A stretch of 64,000 bases of DNA from an uncultured Pseudoflavonifractor sp. (GCA_947577065.1 CANPTT010000005.1:6101-70100); one strand, 5' to 3'; positions 1 to 9,504 are shown, counted from the stretch's first letter. Notes: generated by a model from the sequence alone, not told the origin. A program made the numbers and translations.

Positions 1-11
1 CTCCCCGGTCA

Positions 12-27
12 TGTTTCACGTGAAACA
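12..27. promoter_or_regulatory. parS: parS site (perfect palindrome TGTTTCACGTGAAACA)
   Basis: Exact match to the Firmicute parS consensus, upstream of parA. Confidence 0.95.
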
Positions 28-67
28 TCCGGCAGCCCTTTTCCATGTCCCTTTTTTTGTTCTCCTC

Positions 68-97
68 TTGCAACTCCGCCCTATTCTGGGTTATAAT
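68..97 (+). promoter_or_regulatory. Putative sigma-A promoter of parAB
   Basis: TTGCAA-N18-TATAAT upstream of the parA start. Confidence 0.5.
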
Positions 98-140
98 AGT
101 TTTCGTACCTATTTTATGTAAAAAGAAAGGATGTGCGTCC

Positions 141-902
141 ATGGCAAAACGGATCGCCATCGTGAACCAAAAGGGCGGCGTAGGCAAGACCACCACCTGT
201 GTCAACCTGGCCTCTGCCCTGCGTTCCCAAGGAAAGCGGGTCTTGCTTTGCGATTTTGACCCTCAGGCCAACGCCACCTCAGGTCTGGGCGTAGATAAGA
301 CCACCGCCACTCCCAGCGTCTATGAAGTCCTGATTGAGGGCGTCCCCTGCAAAAAGGCCATTGTATCCACCCCATACTGCGATGTTCTTCCGGTAAACAA
401 GGCTCTGGCGGGGGCGGGGATCGAGATGATCGGTATTCCCGACCGGGAGCACCTGTTAAAAAATGCGCTGGACAGTGTTGCGGCGGACTATGACTATATT
501 CTTATCGACTGTCCTCCCTCTCTGGAGCTTTTGACTCTAAACGGATTGTGTGCCGCCGACTCAGTCCTGGTCCCCGTCCAGTGTGAGTACTATGCTCTGG
601 AGGGGTTGAGCGACCTGCTGGGTACGGTCCGCATTGTAAAGCGGTCCCTTAACCCCGGTATCGAGCTGGAGGGCGTCCTTCTCACCATGTATGACAGCCG
701 CACCAATCTCAGCATGCAAGTCTCCGAGGAAGTAAAGCGTCACTTCCCCGGCCAGGTCTATGCCACCGTGATCCCTCGGACGGTTCGCCTCTCCGAGGCC
801 CCCAGTCACGGCAAGCCTATTGACGCCTATGACCCCTATTCCCGGGGAACCGAGGCATACCGAAATCTGGCGGCGGAGATCATCGCCAGCAACCATACAT
901 AA
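141..902 (+). CDS. parA: Chromosome partitioning ATPase ParA/Soj
   Basis: IAIVNQKGGVGKTTT deviant Walker A, DFDPQANAT, IDCPPSL, EAPSHGKP; ATG 141 after AAGG. Confidence 0.96.
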   Translation: MAKRIAIVNQKGGVGKTTTCVNLASALRSQGKRVLLCDFDPQANATSGLGVDKTTATPSVYEVLIEGVPCKKAIVSTPYCDVLPVNKALAGAGIEMIGIPDREHLLKNALDSVAADYDYILIDCPPSLELLTLNGLCAADSVLVPVQCEYYALEGLSDLLGTVRIVKRSLNPGIELEGVLLTMYDSRTNLSMQVSEEVKRHFPGQVYATVIPRTVRLSEAPSHGKPIDAYDPYSRGTEAYRNLAAEIIASNHT

Positions 903-920
903 TAAGGGAGGAAGTATCCT

Positions 921-1823
921 ATGGCAAAGGAACGTGGATTGGGCAAGGGCCTGGGCGCCCTTTTGGGTGAGAGCGCCGTGCTTCAAGATCAAAAGGAGGG
1001 CCAGGGCTCCTTTTCCCTTCCCATCTCTCAGGTCCAGCCGGGGCTGAACCAGCCCCGGAAGCGGTTTGACGAAGAGGCCCTCAGCGATCTGACCGACTCT
1101 GTCCGCACTTACGGTGTGGTCCAGCCCCTCACCGTCCGACGGCTCAGCTCCGGCTACTATCAAATCATTGCCGGAGAGCGGCGTTGGCGTGCCGCAAAGG
1201 CCGCCGGGCTGAAGGAGGTCCCCGCCGTGGTCATTGAAGCCGACGACCGAAAGGTCATGGAGATCGGCCTCATTGAAAACCTCCAGCGGGAAGATCTGAA
1301 CCCCATCGAAGAGGCCAAGGGCTACAAGGTCCTGATGGATGAGTACGACATGACCCAGGAAGACATTTCCCTGCGCATGGGAAAATCCCGCCCCGCCATC
1401 GCCAATGCCCTGCGGCTTTTGGACTTGCCCGACCCGGTACTCCAGCTTTTGGAGGAAGGCCGTCTCTCCGCCGGTCATGGCCGGGCTATTCTGGCCGCCC
1501 CCGGCAAATCGGATCAGCGGGCCTTGGCCCAGCGGGTCATTGACGAGGGTCTCTCCGTTCGTCAGACCGAGGCTCTGGCCAAAAAGTTCTCCCAACCCAA
1601 GACAAAGGAGCCGGAAAAAGCGGCTGACCCCTACAAGATCTACCGGGACGCCGCCGCCAAGGATCTCTCCGACCGATTTGGCCGAAAGGTCTCCATTGTC
1701 CAGGGCCCCAAAAAGGGCAGGATCGAGCTGGAATACTACGATGACAACGACCTTAATGCCCTGCTGGAGCTTTTGGAGCAGATCCGAGCAGGCAAGACCC
1801 CGAAGGGAGGGGCCAAAGCTTGA
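921..1823 (+). CDS. parB: Chromosome partitioning protein ParB/Spo0J
   Basis: GLGKGLGALL N-terminus, GERRWRAA box, ENLQREDLNPIEEA, HTH. Confidence 0.96.
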   Translation: MAKERGLGKGLGALLGESAVLQDQKEGQGSFSLPISQVQPGLNQPRKRFDEEALSDLTDSVRTYGVVQPLTVRRLSSGYYQIIAGERRWRAAKAAGLKEVPAVVIEADDRKVMEIGLIENLQREDLNPIEEAKGYKVLMDEYDMTQEDISLRMGKSRPAIANALRLLDLPDPVLQLLEEGRLSAGHGRAILAAPGKSDQRALAQRVIDEGLSVRQTEALAKKFSQPKTKEPEKAADPYKIYRDAAAKDLSDRFGRKVSIVQGPKKGRIELEYYDDNDLNALLELLEQIRAGKTPKGGAKA

Positions 1824-2404
1824 GCCAGCGAGATTCAGGCGGCATTCAGCACCAAGCGGAGCACACCCGGTCCCGAAGACGGTCTCCTCCCGTAATGGGA
1901 TATTTGCTGATCCTTTTTGCCGCCGCCTTTCTGCTGTTGCTTCTGGCCTATTTCCAGCAGCAGCGGGTCAATTCCGAAACCACCGACGCCCTGAAGCAGT
2001 CGGCCTCGGCGGTCCAGTCCATCCAAAACCTGATCGATGAAAACTCCGAGCTTCGGGAAAGAGTGGAGGAGCTGGAACGGCAGAGCAGGGACTTGACGGA
2101 GCAATGCGAAAATTATCAGGATCTGTTCCGTACCGCGGACGCTAAAGCCGCTCAGCTTTCTGAGGATGTGGAGGCCCATCGGCAGTTCTTCCGGTTGGAC
2201 CGGCTATACCGGGCCCAGCGGTTCTCGGAGGCGGCGGAACTCATTCGTCAGCAGGCAAACGGAGGGGCAGGATGGTCCTTCTCCTCCCTTTCCGACCAGC
2301 CCATCAGTACCGATTCCAACGAGACTACCCCCCAGGCCCGCTACCAGCAGATTTGCAGGCAACTTTTGGAGTGGAATTATCTGAAGGCCGAAGACGTTTC
2401 GTGA
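1820..2404 (+). CDS. Hypothetical bitopic membrane protein with coiled coil
   Basis: Overlaps parB stop, RBS GGAGG; basic N-terminus, one hydrophobic segment, heptad-rich region. Confidence 0.75.
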   Translation: MSQRDSGGIQHQAEHTRSRRRSPPVMGYLLILFAAAFLLLLLAYFQQQRVNSETTDALKQSASAVQSIQNLIDENSELRERVEELERQSRDLTEQCENYQDLFRTADAKAAQLSEDVEAHRQFFRLDRLYRAQRFSEAAELIRQQANGGAGWSFSSLSDQPISTDSNETTPQARYQQICRQLLEWNYLKAEDVS

Positions 2405-2405
2405 G

Positions 2406-2421
2406 TGTTTCACGTGAAACA
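2406..2421. promoter_or_regulatory. parS: parS site (perfect)
   Basis: TGTTTCACGTGAAACA. Confidence 0.95.
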
Positions 2422-2514
2422 ATTCCCTTTGCGAGAATAGAGCGGGCGAGCAAAGCTCGCCTACATCAACTTATAATTAAACGGTAATGCCGATTTATAA
2501 AGGAGACGATCCTC

Positions 2515-3819
2515 ATGCTGGACATCAAATTTCTTCGGGAAAATCCCGACATTGTGAAGGAAAATATCAAGAAGAAATTTCAGGACGCCAAGCTGCCCCT
2601 GGTGGACGAGGTCATCGCCCTGGACAGGGAGAACCGGGAGACCATTCAGGCCGCCCAGGACCTGCGTACTGCCCGCAACGCCAAATCCAAACAGGTAGGT
2701 ATGCTCATGGGCCAGGCCAAAAAGGACCCCTCTAAGCTTGCCGAGGCCGAGGCCCTCAAGGCCGAGGTAAAGGCCGATGCCGACACTCTGGCCGCCCTGG
2801 AGGAGAAGGAGGGTGTGCTGGCCGAAAAGATCCGGCATATCATGCTCCAGATCCCCAATATCATTGACCCCAGCGTACCCATTGGCCCCGATGATTCCGC
2901 CAACGTGGAGGTGGAGCGGTTCGGAGAGGCCAAGGTCCCCGATTTCCCTATCCCCTACCATACCGAGATCATGGACTCCTTTAACGGCATCGACCTGGAC
3001 GCCGCCGGCCGGGTCTCCGGGGCCGGGTTCTACTATCTGCTGGGGGACATCGCCCGGCTCCACGAGGCAGTGCTGGCCTATGGCCGGGACTTTATGATCT
3101 CCAAGGGCTTCACCTACTGCATCCCCCCCTTTATGATCCACGGCAACGTGGTGGAGGGGGTCATGTCCCAGACCGACATGGACGCCATGATGTATAAGAT
3201 CGAGGGGGAGGATCTCTACCTCATTGGTACCAGCGAGCATTCCATGATCGGCCGGTTTATTGACCAGATCCTCCCCGTGGAAAAGCTGCCCCAGACCCTC
3301 ACCTCCTACTCCCCCTGCTTCCGGAAGGAGAAGGGCTCTCACGGTCTGGAGGAGCGGGGGGTATACCGCATCCACCAGTTTGAAAAGCAGGAGATGATCG
3401 TGGTCTGCAAACCCGAGGAGTCCAGGGACTGGTATGAGAAGCTGTGGCAGTATTCTGTGGAGCTGTTCCGGAACTTTGATATCCCCGTGCGGCAACTGGA
3501 GTGCTGCTCGGGTGATTTGGCCGATCTGAAGGTCAAATCCTGCGACATCGAGGCCTGGAGCCCCCGGCAGCAGAAGTATTTTGAGGTCTGCTCCTGCTCC
3601 AACCTGGGCGACGCCCAGGCCCGGAGATTGAAGATCCGCTATAAGGATGAGGACGGTAAAATGCAGCTGTGCCACACTCTGAACAACACCTGCGTGGCCC
3701 CTCCCCGGATGCTGATTGCGTTGTTGGAGAACAATTTACAGGCCGACGGGACTGTAAAAATTCCCGAGGTTCTGTGGCCCTATATGGGTGGAAAAAAGGT
3801 GCTGATCCCCGAAAAATAA
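2515..3819 (+). CDS. serS: Serine--tRNA ligase
   Basis: MLDIKFLREN start, coiled arm, LIGTSEH, FRKE..RIHQFEKQE, EVCSCSN, HTLNNT. Confidence 0.96.
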   Translation: MLDIKFLRENPDIVKENIKKKFQDAKLPLVDEVIALDRENRETIQAAQDLRTARNAKSKQVGMLMGQAKKDPSKLAEAEALKAEVKADADTLAALEEKEGVLAEKIRHIMLQIPNIIDPSVPIGPDDSANVEVERFGEAKVPDFPIPYHTEIMDSFNGIDLDAAGRVSGAGFYYLLGDIARLHEAVLAYGRDFMISKGFTYCIPPFMIHGNVVEGVMSQTDMDAMMYKIEGEDLYLIGTSEHSMIGRFIDQILPVEKLPQTLTSYSPCFRKEKGSHGLEERGVYRIHQFEKQEMIVVCKPEESRDWYEKLWQYSVELFRNFDIPVRQLECCSGDLADLKVKSCDIEAWSPRQQKYFEVCSCSNLGDAQARRLKIRYKDEDGKMQLCHTLNNTCVAPPRMLIALLENNLQADGTVKIPEVLWPYMGGKKVLIPEK

Positions 3820-3857
3820 AGGGGTTCCAGCCGGCCCCCAAAAAGGATGCCTTAAAA

Positions 3858-4572
3858 ATGTTTCACGTGAAACACGCTCTATGCGCTTTGCTGGCCCTGA
3901 CCTTGACGCTCCCCCTCCCTGCTTTAGGGGTGGAGACGGTTCCTGCCAAAACCTATAAAGAGATTTTCGAGGCCTACCCTTCGGGTCGGACGGTGGAGCG
4001 GCAGCTTGAGACCCCCGATTTCATGGTTGTGTTGATGTGGTCCGATCTGGTAGGGTTGCCGGAAACAGAGCACGTGCGGAACTATACCCTTGCCCTCATC
4101 TCCAAGGAGAGCGCGGAGCCGGAGCAGCAATACCGCCCGCTGATCTTGCCCAGCACCGTGGCGGTAAAGGGAGCGTATGCCTCCCAGTATCCCACGGACC
4201 GGGCGCCGGATAAGATGTTTTTGAATGACGATGGGTCGATTTTGACCTATGTGTACTCCTTTGAGGAGGCCCTTTTCAATGCCGGCGGGGAGCTGCTCCA
4301 CGACGCGGGAGCCTACACCTACCGGGTGGAGCGCTTTGAGGCGTTGGAGGAGCTGCTGGACGCCGGCGAGGGACACCTGGGAAAACTGGGGCGGTCTCAC
4401 CCTGCCCGGCAGCTGGTACCATAACTGTCTCTACTACTCCTGGCCCGACGGCACCCCGGCCACTAACTGGCTGGATTCCACCGGGCGTATCGGGCCTGAC
4501 GGAAAAGGCTTTGTGGAGAAGGACGGAAAGATCTACCGCATTGCGTTCTCAGTGCAAAACGAAGAAAACTAA
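3858..4572 (+). pseudogene. Secreted hypothetical protein, apparently frameshifted near 4370
   Basis: Signal peptide MFHVKHALCALLALTLTLPLPALG; frame ends 4424, while coding-like sequence (DTWENWGG...YRIAFSVQNEEN) continues in another frame to 4572. Confidence 0.55.
3859..3874. promoter_or_regulatory. parS: parS site (perfect), overlapping the ATG of the next gene
   Basis: ATGTTTCACGTGAAACAC reads MFHVKH. Confidence 0.93.
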
Positions 4573-4780
4573 CGGCTTTGGGGCTCCCTTTTGGCCGTTG
4601 TATCCACGCCGCCCATCTTTCCTCCAGTCTTAGGGACGGAAGGGACTACTTTTGTAGACATCTCCCCTGGAGGCGGCGGGTATGTGCGCTGGAGAGAGGA
4701 TATCTGGCGGATCCAGTTTGAAAAACAGACCTGAACGGTTTTATGTAAGAGATCCCAAAAATAAAATGGAGGTCATCCCA

Positions 4781-5188
4781 ATGAAAGAGAAGAGCAAAGG
4801 ATTCTTTGGGGAGTTCAAGGCGTTTATCGCCCGGGGGAATGTGATGGATATGGCCGTGGGTGTCATTATCGGCGGGGCTTTTTCGGCCATCACCACCTCC
4901 CTCATCAATGACATCATCATGCCCCTGCTGGGGATCTTCACCGGATCCATCTCCTTTGCAGCGATGGCGGTGGAGGTCAACGGAGCCGTCATCGGCTACG
5001 GTAACTTTATCCAGGCCATCCTCAATTTCCTGGTGATGGCTTTTGTGGTGTTCTGTCTGGTAAAAACCATGAACTCCTTCCACCGCAAGAAGGAGGAAGC
5101 CCCCACCCAGCCCGCCCCTGAGCCGGAGCCCAGCGCCGAGGAGAAACTTCTTTCCGAGATCCGGGACCTTTTGAAGGGCCAAAAGTGA
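4781..5188 (+). CDS. mscL: Large-conductance mechanosensitive channel
   Basis: EFKAFIARGNVMDMAVGVIIGGAF, YGNFI, LLSEIRDLLK. Confidence 0.96.
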   Translation: MKEKSKGFFGEFKAFIARGNVMDMAVGVIIGGAFSAITTSLINDIIMPLLGIFTGSISFAAMAVEVNGAVIGYGNFIQAILNFLVMAFVVFCLVKTMNSFHRKKEEAPTQPAPEPEPSAEEKLLSEIRDLLKGQK

Positions 5189-5190
5189 GT

Positions 5191-5526
5191 ATGGACAAGA
5201 AAAAGGATCTGGAGCAGCCCCAGCAGCCCCCGGTAAAGTGGGCCACCCCGGTCCAGCGCCTCTGGGCCTGGGTAGGTGTTTCCTATATGGTCATCCTGGT
5301 GCTGCTCAGCACCTTTGCTCTGGCTCACGGAGACTATCTTCGGGGGATCGGCGGCGTCATGGTCTCCCCCGCCCTTGTGGGCCTGGGGGGTACGGTGATC
5401 CTGCGCCACCGTCAGGGGGTAGGCAGGGGTGGCCTGGGCGTCTGCGTTCTTCTCTCCGGGGCCTTTTTTATCCTGGCCCTCTGGAATGTGATCCGGGGCG
5501 TCCCTATCTTGCTGGGACAGCTGTGA
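5191..5526 (+). CDS. Small hypothetical membrane protein (about 3 TM)
   Basis: Three hydrophobic segments; abuts mscL and rsmG; alternative GTG start at 5185. Confidence 0.7.
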   Translation: MDKKKDLEQPQQPPVKWATPVQRLWAWVGVSYMVILVLLSTFALAHGDYLRGIGGVMVSPALVGLGGTVILRHRQGVGRGGLGVCVLLSGAFFILALWNVIRGVPILLGQL

Positions 5527-5535
5527 GGTGAGTGT

Positions 5536-6282
5536 ATGAAAGATATTCTGGCCCAAGGGCTTTCCGACATGGGGATCGCCCCGCCCCCCGGGGCGATCGA
5601 CACGCTGTGTCAATACGCCCAGCTTCTTTTAGAGCAAAATCAAGTGATGAACCTGACCGCCATCACAGACCCCCAGCAGGTGGCAAGGCTGCACTTTTTG
5701 GATTCCGCCGCCATTTTAGCCTGGGGCGCCGCCCACGGAAAAGGGCAAAAGACCTCCTCCACATGGCTGGCCGGCAAAAGTCTGGTGGACGTGGGCACCG
5801 GGGCCGGATTTCCCGGCGTGGTGCTGAAGATTCTGGAGCCCTCCCTCTCCCTCACTCTGGTGGACAGCCTGGGCAAACGGATCCTTTGGTTGGAAAAGGT
5901 CTGTGAAGCTCTTTCCCTTGACGGCGTTCGGTGTATCCATGCCCGGGCGGAGGAGCTGGCCCACACCCCGGAATTTCGCGCCCGGTTTGACGCCGCCGCT
6001 TCCCGGGCGGTGGCGGCCTTCCCTGCCCTGTGTGAGCTGTGCCTTCCCTACGTCAAGTCCGGCGGGTTCTTTCTGGCCATGAAAAGCGTGGAGAGCTCCC
6101 CCGAGGTCGCGGAGGGACAGGGCGCCGTCAAACGACTGGGCGGCATGGTGTTGGAAAGCTGGGACTACCCCGTCCCCGGCGCCGGCTTGACCCACCGCCT
6201 CATTCCTGTAGAAAAGCGTTCCCCCACCCCCGGGGACCTGCCCCGGAGCTGGGGAAAGATCAAAAAGGCGCCCCTTGTTTAA
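5536..6282 (+). CDS. rsmG: 16S rRNA m7G527 methyltransferase
   Basis: MNLTAI, HFLDS, DVGTGAGFPG, RAEE, SRAVA. Confidence 0.95.
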   Translation: MKDILAQGLSDMGIAPPPGAIDTLCQYAQLLLEQNQVMNLTAITDPQQVARLHFLDSAAILAWGAAHGKGQKTSSTWLAGKSLVDVGTGAGFPGVVLKILEPSLSLTLVDSLGKRILWLEKVCEALSLDGVRCIHARAEELAHTPEFRARFDAAASRAVAAFPALCELCLPYVKSGGFFLAMKSVESSPEVAEGQGAVKRLGGMVLESWDYPVPGAGLTHRLIPVEKRSPTPGDLPRSWGKIKKAPLV

Positions 6283-6384
6283 AGTTCCTTCGAACGTAAA
6301 ATTTTTATGGAAATTTCACGAAAACCCGTTGCCATTTTTGGAGCTTTCGTGTTATAATTTTCTCCACTGGGAGGTTTTTGGGCT

Positions 6385-7128
6385 ATGGGAACTGTGATCG
6401 CTGTCACCTCCGGCAAGGGGGGAACGGGAAAAACCTCTCTCGTCGGGGCCGTGGGCTCCTGTTTGGCCGCGCTGGGGCATCCTACCCTGTGTATCGATAT
6501 GGATGTGGGGCTCCGGAATCTGGACCTGACTCTGGGTCTCTCCGACCGGGCCCTGATGGATTTTACCGATGTGGCAGAGGGACGCTGTCCCTTGGAAAAG
6601 GCGGTCGTGGAGCACCCCGAGATCCAGGATCTGTTCCTGCTCACCGCTCCCTTTTCCTTTCCCCTGAACGTCCCGGAGGATACCATGAAGAACCTTTTGA
6701 CCCAAGCCAGAGGGGCGTTTGATTACATCCTTTTAGACGCCCCCGCGGGATTGGGCGAGGGGTTTCATTTGGCCGCCTGCGGCTGTGACAGAGCCATTGT
6801 CGTCTCCACCACCGACGCCTCCGCCCTGCGGGACGCTCAGCGCACGGTGTCCGAGCTGTCCAGGCGGCAGGTCGAGCAGGTCCATCTGGTGGTGAACCGG
6901 GTCCAACCCAAGCTGCTGAAAAAGCTTCACACCACCATCGACGACGCCATGGACACCGCGGGACTCCCCCTGCTGGGCGTAGTCCCCGAGGATAATTTGG
7001 TCATGCTCGCCGCCAACCGGGGACGCCCTCTGATCCTGTGCGCCAACAAGGGGGCCGCCATCGGTTACCGGAACATCGCCTTTCGCATTGAGGGGCGCCG
7101 GGTCCCGGTCATGGGGCCTGTTTGGTAG
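6385..7128 (+). CDS. minD: Septum site-determining ATPase MinD
   Basis: VTSGKGGTGKTS, DVGLRNLDL, DAPAG, RDA. Confidence 0.88.
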   Translation: MGTVIAVTSGKGGTGKTSLVGAVGSCLAALGHPTLCIDMDVGLRNLDLTLGLSDRALMDFTDVAEGRCPLEKAVVEHPEIQDLFLLTAPFSFPLNVPEDTMKNLLTQARGAFDYILLDAPAGLGEGFHLAACGCDRAIVVSTTDASALRDAQRTVSELSRRQVEQVHLVVNRVQPKLLKKLHTTIDDAMDTAGLPLLGVVPEDNLVMLAANRGRPLILCANKGAAIGYRNIAFRIEGRRVPVMGPVW

Positions 7129-7175
7129 AGCGTTCCGTGTATGGTAAAAATACTTTGCAGAAGGAAGGGGTCCCC

Positions 7176-7592
7176 TTGAACATCGCACTGCTGTGTCACG
7201 ATCACAAGAAGGAATTGATGGAGCAATTTTGTCTTGCCTATTCAGGCATTCTTGCCAAGCACCACATCTGTGCCACCGATTCCACCGGCCGGCTGGTGTC
7301 GGAGGCCACCGGGCTTCCCATTACGCTCTATCTCTCCCATGAGCACGGCGGGAGCCAACAGATCGGCGCCCGGATCGCCTATAACGAGATCGACATGGTC
7401 CTTTTCTTTACCGATCCCCAGACCCACGAACTGGACGAGGATCTGGACTATATCACCCGCCTGTGCGACCAGTATAACATCCCCTTCGCCACCAATGTCG
7501 CCACCGCCGAAATGCTTATTATGGGTCTGGCCCGGGGCGATCTGGACTGGCGGGATATCGTCAAGACCGGTCATTCCCCCTTTCTCCCTTGA
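7176..7592 (+). CDS. mgsA: Methylglyoxal synthase family protein (degenerate active site)
   Basis: TTG start after AAGGAAGG; NIAL..HD.KK, GG.QQIGA, FF.DP, NIPFATNVATAE, GDLDWR. Confidence 0.85.
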   Translation: MNIALLCHDHKKELMEQFCLAYSGILAKHHICATDSTGRLVSEATGLPITLYLSHEHGGSQQIGARIAYNEIDMVLFFTDPQTHELDEDLDYITRLCDQYNIPFATNVATAEMLIMGLARGDLDWRDIVKTGHSPFLP

Positions 7593-7651
7593 CACAGCGG
7601 GCATTTTAGAGTAATATCCTGAAAGGGGGCAGTCCCGCTGTCCCCTTTTTT

Positions 7652-7930
7652 CACCGCGAGGAACGGGCATGAGTAGCGGCACACCACCGGACAGAGAGGG
7701 ATCCCCCGGCTGAAAGGATCCCACGGCAAGGCGCGGGCGAAAGACGGCCCGGGAGCGGGGGCGGAGACGCCTACGGTCCCCTTCCCGTAACAGAAGGCTG
7801 AAAGGGCGGTCCCCTCTCCGGAGGACGACCGCTGAACATGGGTGGCACCACGAAGGCAGACGCTTTCGTCCCGTGAAGGACCTCTCCCCCCGGGGAGGGG
7901 CAGCGGGATGAGAGCGTCTTTTTTCTTCCG
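7652..7930 (+). ncRNA. T-box leader, Asp specifier (GAC 7743-7745)
   Basis: Stem I motifs AGTA, AGAGA, GCTGAAA; T-box GGGTGGCACCACG near 7840-7852; terminator AGACGCTTTCGTCCC...GGGATGAGAGCGTCT-TTTTT. Confidence 0.9.
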
Positions 7931-7971
7931 GACCTCTGAACAGGACCATCTTGCTTTGAAAGGATGTTTGT

Positions 7972-9327
7972 ATGGAACGCGTAAAGGCACGTACCTTGTC
8001 AGGATTTATGGAGCTGCTGCCCCGGCAGCAGGCCCAGTTCGAGCGGGTGAAGGGGATCCTGGAGGAGACCTACGCCCGGTATGGCTTCACCCCCCTGGAC
8101 ACCCCCGCCATCGAGGCCAGCGAGGTCCTTCTGGCCAAGGCCGGAGGGGAGACCGAGAAGCAGATCTATCGCTTTACCAAGGGGGACAGCGATCTCAGCC
8201 TGCGCTTTGACCTCACCGTTCCCCTGGCCAAGTATGTGGCTCTCCACCACAATGAGCTGGCCTTTCCCTTCCGCCGGTATCAGATCGGCAAGGTCTACCG
8301 GGGGGAGCGGGCCCAGCGTGGCCGGTTCCGGGAGTTTTACCAGGCCGATATTGACGTCATTGGAGACGGGAGCCTGGACATCATCAACGAGGCAGAGATC
8401 CCCGCCATCATCTATCAGACCTTTACCGCCCTGGGCCTGAACCGGTTCCGAATCCGGGTGAACAACCGGAAGATCCTCAACGGCTTCTATGACATGCTCC
8501 ACTGGAGCCACCGGGCCCCCGACATCATGCGGGTGGTGGACAAGCTGGAAAAGATCGGCGCCGAGAAGGTGGGTCTGATGCTCCACGATGACCTTGGCCT
8601 GGACCAGGACGCCGTGGGAGAGATCGTCCGGTTCATCTCCATCCGGGGCTCCAACCAAGAGGTCCTTGCCGCTCTGGAGGAGTACCGGGGCCGGAACGAG
8701 ACCTTTGACCAGGGCTTGGAGGAGCTGAACACAGTGGTCCGGTATCTGGGGGATTTCGGGGTGCCCCAGGACCACTTCGCCGTGGACCTCACCATCGCCC
8801 GGGGCCTGGACTACTATACCGGCACCGTCTATGAGACCATGCTGCTGGACCACCCGGAGGTGGGAAGCGTCTGCTCCGGGGGCCGGTATGATAACTTGGC
8901 GGAATATTATACAGAAAAACAACTGCCCGGAGTTGGCATCTCCATCGGCTTGACCCGGCTGTTCTATGTGCTCCAGGAGCAGGGGCTCCTGAACGAGGAT
9001 CTGCCCACCGCCCCCTGTGACGTGCTGGTGCTCCCCATGACGGAGGACCTCTCCCCCGCCATTGCCTTCGCCACCGCCTGCCGCGGAGTGGGGGTAAAGG
9101 CCCAGCTCTACACAGAGCCCAAGAAGTTCAAGGCCAAGATGAACTATGCCGACCGGATCGGCGTCCCCTACGTGGCCTTCCTGGGGGAGGATGAGGTGGC
9201 AAACGGCGTGGTCTCCCTGAAGGACATGGTCTCCGGAGAGCAGGAGAAGGTAGCCCTGGAGGCCGCCCCCGAATGGCTGCGGGAGAAGGTAGCCGCCCGG
9301 AACAAGGGAACTCCCATCCGGGAGTAA
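7972..9327 (+). CDS. hisS: Histidine--tRNA ligase
   Basis: LRFDLTVP, GRFREFYQAD, RGLDYYTG, GGRYDNL. Confidence 0.96.
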   Translation: MERVKARTLSGFMELLPRQQAQFERVKGILEETYARYGFTPLDTPAIEASEVLLAKAGGETEKQIYRFTKGDSDLSLRFDLTVPLAKYVALHHNELAFPFRRYQIGKVYRGERAQRGRFREFYQADIDVIGDGSLDIINEAEIPAIIYQTFTALGLNRFRIRVNNRKILNGFYDMLHWSHRAPDIMRVVDKLEKIGAEKVGLMLHDDLGLDQDAVGEIVRFISIRGSNQEVLAALEEYRGRNETFDQGLEELNTVVRYLGDFGVPQDHFAVDLTIARGLDYYTGTVYETMLLDHPEVGSVCSGGRYDNLAEYYTEKQLPGVGISIGLTRLFYVLQEQGLLNEDLPTAPCDVLVLPMTEDLSPAIAFATACRGVGVKAQLYTEPKKFKAKMNYADRIGVPYVAFLGEDEVANGVVSLKDMVSGEQEKVALEAAPEWLREKVAARNKGTPIRE

Positions 9328-9339
9328 GCGGGGAAACGC

Positions 9340-9364
9340 GGGCGGGTTTGGAACCCGCCCCTAC
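9340..9364 (-). repeat. GTAG-type REP-like palindrome
   Basis: Minus strand GTAG-GGGCGGGTT-CCA-AACCCGCCC; one copy seen in the window. Confidence 0.5.
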
Positions 9365-9384
9365 GGGAGACTTCCCCCGTTTTG

Positions 9385-9504
9385 GCGGCGGAGGAAACGG
9401 GCTTTCCCTCTCCGATTTCCACCTGTGTGACCCGTGAGGTCTTCTCCGCCACCCCGGCCCACTATGACGAGGTCTACTATCTGGCGGAGCTGGAAGAGAG
9501 ATAA
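9385..9504 (+). pseudogene. Gene remnant (AAEETGF...HYDEVYYLAELEER*), possibly Nudix-like
   Basis: Coding-like frame without start or RBS; EETG resembles the end of the Nudix box. Confidence 0.3.

Noticed and set aside
141-1823. parAB as a plasmid or ICE partition cassette
   Set aside because: Soj/Spo0J-type sequences, chromosomal parS consensus and housekeeping neighbours; no rep, integrase or relaxase
2204-2422. Minus-strand ORF starting MFHVKH
   Set aside because: Produced by the parS palindrome and antisense to a real gene
3820-3857. Expected tRNA-Ser or other RNA gene after serS
   Set aside because: Only a short GGGG/CCCC hairpin; no cloverleaf seen here or elsewhere in the window
6311-6328. 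AATTTCACGAAAACCC as a parS
   Set aside because: Too many mismatches; lies in the minD promoter region
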